A DNA stretch of 63,636 bases, counting the filler, from Choristocarpus tenellus KU-1152 (Eukaryota > Protista > Phaeophyceae): assembly GCA_964200185.2 (NCBI GenBank). It is 9 parts of 9 records of this genome, joined end to end, with 100 filler letters (N's around TTAATTAATTAA, not from the genome) between each part and the next. Parts side by side here need not be neighbours in the genome. Positions count along the whole stretch, not along the records: positions 25,495 to 40,299 come from CAXNAD020001109.1; positions 40,400 to 44,271 come from CAXNAD020017468.1; positions 44,372 to 49,217 come from CAXNAD020012818.1; positions 49,318 to 53,001 come from CAXNAD020018533.1; 5 more parts are not named here. One strand, 5' to 3'. Position 1 is the first letter of the stretch. Every line of letters starts with the position of its first letter. Of this stretch, positions 39,354 to 49,933 are shown piece by piece. The notes under the pieces are model-generated. The model did no database searches and had not been told where the DNA came from. It saw only the letters and a list, made by a program, of their open reading frames with translations. The position numbers were made by a program, and so were the translations under genes.

Positions 39354-40421
39354 CTGGGAATGCGTCTAGGCTTGATGGTTCTCTGTACAGGGTGGCAATG
39401 ACAATCACCAGACTGAACTCATTCAACCGCAAAGGGCGATAATGAGTTTCATAGACATTGGTCCAGTATCTCAAGCATCTCAACGTCTGTTGAGCCAATT
39501 CAGAACAGAATAGAAACCTCAGTGCACGACGGATCGATCTCACAGAATGACTAAGCAAAGTTACACCAGAAAAATGAACCAGTCAGGATCCACGGATCTT
39601 CGTTCTGACAATCCCTCTGACTCTTTGGTCAAATCTGGATCTTGTGGTTGCGTCTGGTTCGTGGAATGATCAATATCGGAAAGATGAATGATTATGGTTG
39701 GCGCACACAGATGCATACGACTGTGCACAATATCCACAATGATGTGTGAGTGGGAGATCCAACACTGGGACTTGTCCCTGACATACGCAATATTGAAGAA
39801 TGTACTGCTTCTTGCTTTCAAAACGCAACTACCAGTGCTGGTAACACTGCTTGATTACCTTCCGTGAGTGCGATGCTCTTCTCCTTCACCATTGTTCTAC
39901 CTAATCGGACGTTGGAGTTAACATACTCAATCTACCCTAGACAGTAGATAATAGTATCACTAGACACAAAATAGTGCATATTTGGAAGTATCGTCAAACA
40001 CCCCCTCTCCTCCCTTCTCACCCTAACCTAACTTCTACCTGCAATCCAACAGTCTATTTGAATGATGGTTGGCCCAGAATGTGACATGACTTGTTTTGAT
40101 GTTGTGTGGTTCTGACCTATGATCCCTTCATTGTTATGACAGAATTCCCTGCTTATCACTTTGAAAGTCAAACATTCGCACAGACCTCACAGTTGCACAT
40201 GTAGGCTTAACTTAGTAATCCATTCCTCTCCTGGCACGTACACCCCCCCCCCCCAAACCACCCCCCCCCTACTACCCCCACCCACCACCCAACCTTCCCN
40301 NNNNNNNNNNNNNNNNNNNNNNNNNNNNNNNNNNNNNNNNNNNTTAATTAATTAANNNNNNNNNNNNNNNNNNNNNNNNNNNNNNNNNNNNNNNNNNNNT
40401 CTATCCTCGGTTTCTCTTTAT

Positions 40422-40602
40422 GATCCAAAGTATCTCGGGGGGGGGGGGAAAGTCTACACCAGGGTGTCCATTTGGGTCATATCCAGGAAAAGTGCACTTA
40501 CATTATCCATCCGACGTATGCAACCAAATAACCCAGAAATCGCGACATGAAAAAATTGACCCCAAATGGACAGCAGCCAACCTCCCCCAGATACTTCGAG
40601 TC
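40422..40602. mobile_element. MITE family D, complete, 4-bp TSD TTAT
   Basis: GATCCAAAGTATCT...AGATACTTCGAGTC, flanked by TTAT (40418-40421, 40603-40606). Confidence 0.85.
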
Positions 40603-41159
40603 TTATCACCACTTGTACTAAACCCATTATTGTATATATATATTATTATGCCCTCTGACATTTTGCAGATGTGTAAGGGGGGAAACCAATGAAAGCTATA
40701 CATATTATGTCGTTATTAGCCCTAAAGAAATAAAATACCCTACACGTAAGAACACTGTAAAACATTGTGAGTGTGGAAACTACTAATCTATCAGTTACTT
40801 CCCCAATATAAAATATTGTACTACTATCGTCCTTTACTTCCCATCTACCTACTATGTTGCATATTGTGTGGTTACTGGTAATATTATTTTCTTTATAATT
40901 CCTTAAGTCCTGGTGAAAGGTAATACCATACAGTATAAACAAGAAAATATATTGGACAATATAATAGCAAGATGTGAAAAACTATGGAGGAATTATGTAA
41001 AGGAAAACTGACATCAAAATTTTGTGTTCAAAATCGAAGATGAGTTTCTATTCTTGTGTTAGTCGATAATATTAGTTCCCCCTTTCGGAAGAAAAAATGT
41101 AACATAATGTTTTCAAGCTCTGTTCTCGCCTAGGAATGACCCACATGAGAAACCTTTGG

Positions 41160-41600
41160 ATGAGGGTTGGTTATCATATAGATTGGGAGGCGTGTAAAGT
41201 TTGACCTGTTGGGCTGTCGTGACTGTGGAGGATCACCAGTACAAAGTCAACCAAGTTGCGTTTGATGAGGTTGGTGGCTCACTCATCCCATCTTCCCTGT
41301 GGGTCCCAATTCTTCAGCCCAGAAGTTTATCCAGGATCTAGATTCAAACACCCCAACGAAGAACAGCATGGTGGTGCGCTCAGTGCTCCAGCAAACACCG
41401 CCTCAAGGGCACCAAGGTGCTTGTGCCAGACACGGTGGACGGGGAGAGGTATAAGAAGCTCATGATCGAGGATTTCATACCAGGAAAAATGGCCTACACG
41501 CATGCTTAGGGCGGAAGGATACATCATCTTCGTGCAGGATGATAGGGCAATACCGCACACCAATTGGGGGTTCATGGAGTCAATCGAAGAGGCGGCAGGG
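41160..41600 (+). mobile_element. Internally deleted second copy of the mariner-like element
   Basis: 41160-41375 aligns with ~36990-37272, and 41388-41600 aligns with ~37947-38157. Confidence 0.8.
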
Positions 41601-41902
41601 GAGTGAAACTATCTTAAGAGGGTATGAGTTTTGCCCTGTTTGTCCATTTGGGGCTTGACTTGCCTTAGGTTTTTTAGTGACATTTTCCTACTCCAAAATG
41701 TTTCGGAGTAGGTCAAATGTATACGTTATGAAAAGTGTGTCCAAAACAAGGATACTGACACTCCTAACAAACATATAGCATTGCGGTTTAGATGTAATTC
41801 TGGCTATCATGTTCGTTAGGAAGTGTCAGTATCCTTGTTTTGGACACACCTTTTCATAACGTATACATTTGATCTACTCCGAAACATTTTGGAGTAATGC
41901 TA
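41601..41902. mobile_element. MITE family C copy with inverted duplication of its interior (fold-back)
   Basis: Starts GAGTGAAACTATCTTAAGAGGGT. Arms 41689-41774 and 41809-41896 are near-perfect reverse complements. Confidence 0.85.
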
Positions 41903-43202
41903 GTCTCAGTGGAATGTGGAGAATCTTGGGCAATAGAATTGCACTCTCTAGGCGCCATGCATACCTTTAGTATGCTTTAAGTAATATTGCATCCATGCAC
42001 CAACGGCCTGCAGGGTTAGAAATTACTATTTAAAAAAAATTACCTTACGCCCACATGGTAGATAAATGAGAATTGCATCCCTTCAAAATAGGGGCTGAAG
42101 TAGTAAGTGGTGGGGACAGGGAGGAGAAGGAATCAAGATGAGTACCAAAATTGAACATAGAAGCATTGTAATTCACGACACAAGGAACTACTTTTACTTA
42201 CATCCTCTTCCAAGAGTCTGGAAAGCTGGTGGCCACTTTCAATCCTGAGTACTCTTGCACCCTTACTCTTGCCTCTCCTGCATGAAAGAGTGCATACATC
42301 AAACCCTGGCCTACTGATCTTGTTATACACATGGTGCAATGTCGCCACCTTTGCACCATTGCCTTGCCTGCCCGGAGAAACGTGGATAATAAACCCTGAC
42401 CTAAAAACAAATCTTGTCCTCCACTTGATGCATCACCACTGTCTCTGGAACTACCTGTCGCCCTACCACTCAGGGTATTCTGATTGTCACCAGGTTGTAC
42501 TGACACACTCCCCCCCTTCTGGTGATACTTTCTCGCATATTATACCCTATGACAGTGCAGCAGCTCAGACATGTATAACTGTTGCTAACCAACAACGGCC
42601 CAAAGACACGGCCGTGAGTGAGGATGAAGTGTATGGAAGAATGAGATGATGCATAGAGGAATAAACAGCAAAGTCCTTCATTTACTCTTCTTTTTAGTAG
42701 AATGTGAACATGCTATTTTAGATCCCTCCTGTGCTCTCCCTACCTACATCATCCCGCAAGCCACTGGGGGGTCACTGGCCCATTAGACCTTGAAGAATCC
42801 CCACTCCAACTTCTTCCTTCAAGCTTAGCAGTAGTGAAGCCAGTCAAATTGAGCATACTGCGTGAAACCTAAATGATCCAACACCTTCATTTCTTTAACT
42901 TCACTTTCTAGAACAAAACGGAAGTCGTATGACACTCTCAGAAGCACCACCGATTAATATTCCCTAGAGATCATGTATATTTTTCTTGCAACTCCTCCCT
43001 TTGTCCTTTTTTGGGAGATCTTTGTTTTAATGCTCACAAGTGCTTCGTCAGTCACAGTCCATGATAGTACAGATGGAGTTGATTTTTACGAGAACTTATG
43101 AAACGTTCCATTTTGGACAGAAGATTCTTGTACCCAAACTTGTTCAATTTTTTGTACTGATTCCGTGTATTCTGGCCTGCGCTAAAGGAATCTTCTGCAG
43201 AA

Positions 43203-43479
43203 GGCTCAAGGTGTCCATGACGGGGGTTCATGCGTCCATTAGGAACCTTGTGTCCCTGTAGTGTTTTTCATTTCACATAGAGGTGAAAGTGTCAGATGTA
43301 TGGGCAGTTTCTTTCATCTGAACGCACACCGTCCTCTTGCATACCTCTCCCTGGGCCCAATTGAAAGGAAATTACCAGCAAAATGGTATCGATCTAGGGT
43401 GTTTTAAGGTATAACCCAATCAAGCCCTGAATGGAGGACCTTGGCTAAGCACTTCCCACCCTCTGAGATAATATAGGCC
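43203..43479. mobile_element. MITE family B copy (diverged)
   Basis: Colinear with 6804-7070 and 19223-19487; ends GGCTCAAGGTGTCC...CCCTCTGAGATAATATAGGCC. Confidence 0.7.
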
Positions 43480-46030
43480 GAATGTTCAGGTATTTGCCCA
43501 CAACTCCAGGCGAGAGAAATTGATTTTTGTCAGTTCAACAGGGTATTATATTAGTGTGAACAAGGGCAGGTTCAGTCAACACCATTTCTACTACAACATA
43601 TTTAACTTGAAGACTTAAGCTTCTTACAGTTTCTGACAGGTTGCCCCACGAATTAGGGAAAATGAGAATAATAAACAAATCTTTGCTATGGAGATAAATT
43701 GAGAGAGAGGTGGGTTGAGAAACAGCTACTGGATCTGACGAAATTCAGTGCATACCATCACATCAAGGTCTCATACCATGGAAACCCCACCTTATATACT
43801 GAGTAATATGGTTTGTACCCATTGTCAGATGGCAACACAAAAGGGAGATCAGAGGAAATATATATACATCTTGCAAATGGAAGTAGACCAAACCATAGAA
43901 ATCTTATCCAAGTGCAGAGAATTGTGAGGAAATGCACAAATCATACACACATATTCAAGAAGATCAAGGACAGTATAACTGAATCAGTCAAGCACGTTCT
44001 TCTTACTGAAGGAAACGATATACTCACGTTCTCTTTCAAGATGATTCCCTGTGCATAATTAAATGGCGCAAGGCTCACCATGATGACAGCATGGTTAGCC
44101 CACATACAAAAGATAGGGCAATTTACCTTCTAACGCCATTCACATCACATATGTGTGTAGTGAGTATTGCACGGATCAGTGGACTTGATATATCCGACAG
44201 CGGAAGTCTAAGATACCATCACACGCAAATCTGCGAGGGATAATAGCAAATATGGGTCAATGTATCTGGGGNNNNNNNNNNNNNNNNNNNNNNNNNNNNN
44301 NNNNNNNNNNNNNNNTTAATTAATTAANNNNNNNNNNNNNNNNNNNNNNNNNNNNNNNNNNNNNNNNNNNNTGTGCAGAATACACCTCGAGGCTGATTTG
44401 GAGGCTGGAGCAGCCGCAGGACAAGCCAACAAACAAGGGACCAAAGCCCAGGTCCTCCCACCCCCCCACCCGCACTCACCACGCACACAGACAGACCTCT
44501 CTAACCCTGTACCTATCATAATAGCTGCTTTCCAGGTTTACAATCATACGTGACCCCATTCTCCTGTCTCAAAGACATGGTTCAAGGTTGTGTAAGTTGT
44601 TTTCACGCCCCTACATGGTCTCTGCATATCTCATACTGCTATTGTTTGCATCTTGACTGTGGTACTGTATCCTGTAGTACAACAGGTGTTTGTTTGGGTG
44701 GGTGGTAATATGGACTGCCTTCTGTTACTTCGTTTGGATAGGACACTTGATACCTGTGGCCAGTTGAGAGTCGGTGTGGTGCTCTGATATTTTGTGTACC
44801 ATCAAAACATTGGAGTAACTTTATCCCCCCTACAGGAGGTTTTTAGCTGAAAGTATGTTGAGTATACTTACGTGTTCTAAAATGGAATTGTGCGTTTTAG
44901 ATAGATGCCCTTGAGTGGAATGTGTTGTGTGTATCTTTTTCCCAGTAGGGTTAAGGAAGAATTGTTTTGTATCACTATTGCACCGTGGTAATGTTGGAAT
45001 GGCCCGTTACAGGTGGTTGTGTTCAGAAAACTTATTTCTTGAATGCTATAGAGTGATCCTCACGTAAGAGTAGTTGAGCATCATGTAGTCATATAACAAG
45101 TTGATTGTAAATTACATGTTAATAGAATCCTACGTTGTTCACAGAAGTTAACTTCGACCAACCACCCTGTCCCCCAAACCCGTACCCCCTTCCTCCCCCT
45201 TGAATTGTGTAGGGGAGACTCTAAGAAGGCCAAGTGAGTGCAGAGGAGGTGATAGCCCTGGATCAGTTGTGTTTGTAGAGTAGCATTAACTCTTTTGTTG
45301 TGTGTGCTCTGTGGTGATTTTCAACATCTTTTTTAGCAGGTGTGAGAGAAGTTTGTTGAAACGTGTAACACAAATTCTAAGTGTGTCCATGGCAAGAGGC
45401 TGAAACAATGCAGTGTACAGGCAGGGTGTATCAGTTTTGCAACAGCAGTGGATGGAGAAGAAGCAGTGGCATTTGAGGGGTGTTGTGGCGTGATGCTTGG
45501 TAGTTGAGTGACGTAACACCTGGAATCTGATAGTATTTTTGTCACACCATGTGGTTGTTGCTTGGAAGTTTGAGTCCCTTCCATGAACATTCAGAGGTTG
45601 TGATCAGAGATGTGTGCTTGTGTGTGTGAGTGTTGATTGTCCCCGCTTAGGTGCAAAGTAACACCAGGCGCATGGGTGCAATGTGTTCTCCTTTGTTGGC
45701 TAGTTGGCACAGGTTTGATGGGGAGGGCGCAAATGGTACAAATGCATTGCAAATTGGTGCCCACTTAATTATCTGATCTGTAAAAAAATCCCTCTCTGTC
45801 ATGACTAGATATATACGTGTTGCTTTTTTCAGGAAAGGATCAAATCACTTTGTGTATATGCTATTTAGTAGCATATTTGTCCCTTTTAAACTTCAAAATC
45901 GCGTATCATACAACATGTTTGGAATACAGTCTGTGTTACAGGCGATAGGTCTTGATGGCGGTTTCATAAACACTATTTTGACCTTGAAGTTCTAGATTTG
46001 ATATATTTTTACTTCTTGACTATTTATTTA

Positions 46031-46336
46031 TTATTTGGTCATTATGGTCCCCGATTGTGATAAGACATCGTCGATCAGTTCCTTTCTTATACGATGATAT
46101 TTCAACGACTTGTGCATCAGGAGTCCTATACGTGAATCAATATCATCTATAGGCCTGTAGATGGGAGCTATACATCCTGTAACATCTGCTCTCTTATTTG
46201 TTTCAGAAACAAACGGTTGTAAACGTCTGGATGGATACTGACTTGCATACTTCTCTATGTTACCAAACGTCAAAAACAGATAGTTAGGATTGATCTCACT
46301 AAGTACCCACCTCTTGTATAGACCACATATGCACAT
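46031..46336 (-). CDS. Intronless orphan ORF (101 aa) in an AT-rich tract downstream of the tRNAs; possibly viral-derived
   Basis: Protein-like composition; stop followed by TAAATAAAT. An in-frame upstream ATG at 46363 is separated from the ORF by one TGA. No domain recognised. Confidence 0.3.
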   Translation of the reverse strand: MCICGLYKRWVLSEINPNYLFLTFGNIEKYASQYPSRRLQPFVSETNKRADVTGCIAPIYRPIDDIDSRIGLLMHKSLKYHRIRKELIDDVLSQSGTIMTK

Positions 46337-46369
46337 GTCGTACTTTCAACATCGTACATCCATAATTGA

Positions 46370-46432
46370 CAGTCCCAGTAAGAATTGAACACACGACGGG
46401 TCCACCACCCACCCTCACCAGATGACAGGACT
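46370..46432 (-). ncRNA. tRNA-Asn-derived tRNA-like element (63 nt) with altered anticodon arm
   Basis: AGTCCTG/TGGGACT acceptor stem, TCATCTGGTGAG D-loop remnant, GGGT-GGTGG-ACCC hairpin and GTGTG-TTCAATT-CTTAC T-arm. Its 3' half aligns with the adjacent tRNA-Asn. Confidence 0.55.
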
Positions 46433-46479
46433 TCTTAATTTGAGGATTTGGAAAATGTATGTAACCATAATAAAATATC

Positions 46480-46553
46480 CGGTCCCGGTGAGGATTGAAC
46501 TCACGACCTCTCGATTAACAGTCGAACGCTCTAACCAGCTGAGCTACGGGACC
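46480..46553 (-). tRNA. tRNA-Asn (GTT)
   Basis: GGTCCCGTAGCTCAGCTGGTTAGAGCGTTCGACTGTTAATCGAGAGGTCGTGAGTTCAATCCTCACCGGGACCG forms a complete cloverleaf with anticodon GTT, A/B boxes and a downstream TTTT. Confidence 0.97.
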
Positions 46554-47429
46554 TCACAATACAAAGACTGTGGTGCAACAGTACTTCTGATTACCACATT
46601 ATGTACAAAACACTCATCTGTAATTTGAACTATCCCTTGCTACGAAGTTGAACCCTCTGACAGGGGCTGAACCCCTCAGGGTTCCTCGTCGGACAGAGGA
46701 GGAAGTGTGATGGTAATCTTTGCATCTTTGTGGGTAAGGAAGGTTTTTGTCATCTTGAAGCCAATGTGTGGCATCTGGACACAGGAACTATACTAAAAAT
46801 GAAGGACTTCATAGCGTCAATCTACGAGTTGCTTTCTTCTCGACACTCTGCTTTTATTGTATGTTTTCTTGCTTTCTTCACCTCACTTTGTTTTCCTTCA
46901 TGACATGTCTGGGTCATACATATATCGGGTAAACAAAAATCAAACTCACTAATGGGAATTTGTTAATTTTTTTCAACTGTACACTAATAATTGGTTATTA
47001 TATATCCAAAAGAGCATTCTTGAGATATATGTCACTCAAAGGATAGAAGGTACACGCAAAAAAATAGAGCATATATCTGCAATACAACGAACACAGTGAT
47101 AACTGAATGCAGAGCTCGTTTTGCTTACAAGTTACAGTCGTGCAAGAAAGAACTCAGATATTTCAATACGACATATGCAATATCTGATCTATTAAATTGC
47201 AGTTGTGACAACATTAAAATGTTATCAGAAAAGTGACTAATGCCAAACACATTATCCATCTGTATTCTTCGGACAAAAGCATGAGGAATGGCAACTCTAG
47301 AAAGAATAGCTGTGAGTTCACCCTGCTACTGTGACTGGATTCCTCTAGCCTTCTTGTGCGAGTTGCCTTCTTGTGCGAGTTGCCTTCTTTGGCGTTCTTG
47401 TCAACCTTCCATATAACCACCTTGAGCCA

Positions 47430-47681
47430 GATGCTCCACAGGAAGTCAAGAGGCTGCAAATTTCCAATGCGTTATTTTTCTTCAGTAGCACCATTCCAGA
47501 ACATCGAGATTATATGGTCCAAGTCCGTCTGGAAAGCAGGAATAACTAGAATCACAGCGGGAAAGTTTATTTCAACATGGAAAGTTGCCCTCTCTTTCCA
47601 CCACTCCAGCGGGTGATTTAAGCCAATTTTCTCACCGCCAACTTGAAGGCATGGTGATATGTTGAAGGAGTCAGCTTCCAC
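47430..47681 (-). mobile_element. hAT transposase C-terminal dimerisation-domain remnant
   Basis: HPLEWWKERATF...AVILVIPAFQTDLDHIISMF...ATEEK*RIG matches the PLxWWK...ILxIPA...ERxFS...KRxRL pattern. Confidence 0.65.
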
Positions 47682-48699
47682 TTGTGCTGACTATTACATG
47701 TGTTCCCTCCTCATGAGGCACAGACATATAACCCTCTGGTCGGCAACAAATACTGTTCTTATCTACATTTAATTCTTACCCATTATGACAATGTGAATAT
47801 GCTAAGCGTATGTAGGCTCAAAGGATTACAACAGTATACTTCAAAAAACACTATAGAGGTGAAACCTTCCCCAACGTGTCCAAGACCACTATGATAACAT
47901 ATTTCCTAAACGGATAGGTGTATGAGAAGTAGAAGAGGTACAAAAGAGAGCAGGACTCTTTCTCTTGCTATACATCCCATCATCTGCGTACCATGTTAAC
48001 CCTTTTTTGAAGTCACATCACCGACTCAGTTCCTCCAGCTTTTGACTTCATGAAATATCAGAACAGATAGCTTTTGTAGTGTGCATAAAGAGAAAGAAGA
48101 ATGCCCACAAGCCCATAACTGTATTCCCATGTCCAAGACTAGAAGAGATATTTTTCTTGCCTTACTTTTCAGAATTGAATTATTGAAAATGAATAATGAA
48201 ATTACTATCCTGGAAGTATCGAAAGAGTGACCATCCAGTAGTGTATATCGTATGCAAAGGGACCAGGTATGATTAAGTGCCTAACACTACGGTGTAACTA
48301 CCTGTGTTTTGACTTTAGCCTTCGCATTACATGGTAAACGGTTTGTGTTTGCCAATTCGTCACTGTCCCCTCTCCTCCTATTGTACATTGTATGCAGCAG
48401 TCTCTTCCATCCCCACCCACCAGATAGATGCTAGTTGTATCTAAGCTTGAAACACCCCCATTCATACTTCAAATACACCAGCAATGAATAACACTACTAA
48501 GGAACCGTGGTAGAAAAAGTACCAGTTCAGAATACAGGCAACATGTTTACAAAATAATACACCAAGAGAAAGAAACCCTCCCCAAGCCAATCAGCCAATC
48601 ATATTGCACCTGTCCAAGTCAGCAAGCAGTCATAGTTCGAACAACTGTCTTGTCCTGTTGTTTTGAAGATCCAGAAAGCATCCAAAAAGCATGCCTCAC

Positions 48700-49217
48700 C
48701 TTCTGTTGCGTGGAGAAAGGAAGTAACCCCCCAAACCCAATGCAATGGAGGCGCTCCCAACGATACCAATGCCCACCCACATAGGGAGGTTCCCAAACTT
48801 CTTGAGGCGAGAGACACCCTGGTCTTGTTCCAATGCCTTCTCATTGCGGGCTGTTATCATCGATACAACTGCAATCACAGCCGGATTGCACTCACCAGTG
48901 TCGATTACCGTCATGGGCATGGCTGTAGTCTCAGCTGCGGGGGTCAACAACTCACTCTTCTCACTATCCATCACCTTAAGAGTGGGGAACGCTCTCACAG
49001 GAGGCAGGCTTGAATGAGCACCCATATTTTCAGTAATGGGTTTTGGAGAGGCAACATGATCAGGGGCTTCAGTAGCAGGAGGAATGGGCAGAGGCTGAGG
49101 GACTGGGGAAGGGAGGTGGGCCAGCGGGTCAGGAGCTGGGGTTTTGGGTGTTGTAGTCCGTGAGGGTCTGGTGAGCATGTCAGTACTGCCAGGTGTCATG
49201 GTATCCTGGTTGTTGGC
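48700..49217 (-). CDS. Internal exon of a single-pass membrane protein (Pro/Thr-rich stalk + TM)
   Basis: Open from the gap; PT-rich region, hydrophobic WVGIGIVGSASIALGLGGYFL, then basic RNRR and an AG|GTGAGG donor. Confidence 0.55.
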
Positions 49218-49933
49218 NNNNNNNNNNNNNNNNNNNNNNNNNNNNNNNNNNNNNNNNNNNNTTAATTAATTAANNNNNNNNNNNNNNNNNNNNNNNNNNN
49301 NNNNNNNNNNNNNNNNNCTTCCACTTTATTCCCCTACCAGCAACGTACTATACTGCTGTGTGGTCATGACTCAGAAAGAAAGGCACTTTTCGCGAGAAAT
49401 TTTTACGCGCGCGCCAAACTCGTGTGAATATCTCGCCGATTCTGTACCAAGTGCCGAATACGAGAATTCCGGTACAAAAGCCTATTTTTTTTAGTATATC
49501 GAAAAAAGCGGTACAAAATGGGGTTTGGTACATAATAGTTAGCATAAAATAGGTGTAGGTACTGTATTTAGAATTTCCAGATTAGTCACCTGTCAACTAG
49601 TCCATATACTTTTATATAACTATATACTTCGTTTTTTTGAAAGGTTGTTCTAGAATATGAAACGAAGGATTTTATAATTTGGATTATTTTAGGTCATCGA
49701 AAGGGTCCTAGGTTGTGGTACAGTCGCATTAGATTGTTGGATGATTATAATCCTCTTCAGAAGGAGTTTTGGAATATTTATTTATAATATAGGGGTAGTA
49801 TAAAAAATACTACGTTTTATTCATCGAAAAAATACTGATGTACACAACACGCCCATCCATCCATCCGTCCTCTACGACCGTTCCCCTTTTTTTCGATCAT
49901 CTCCTCAACATCAGAGTACTAAGAAGAGGTTCA

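Noticed and set aside
38540-39900. Possible Gypsy RNaseH/integrase remnant (also ~21000-22200)
   Set aside because: Only faint similarity; no diagnostic motif could be read with confidence.
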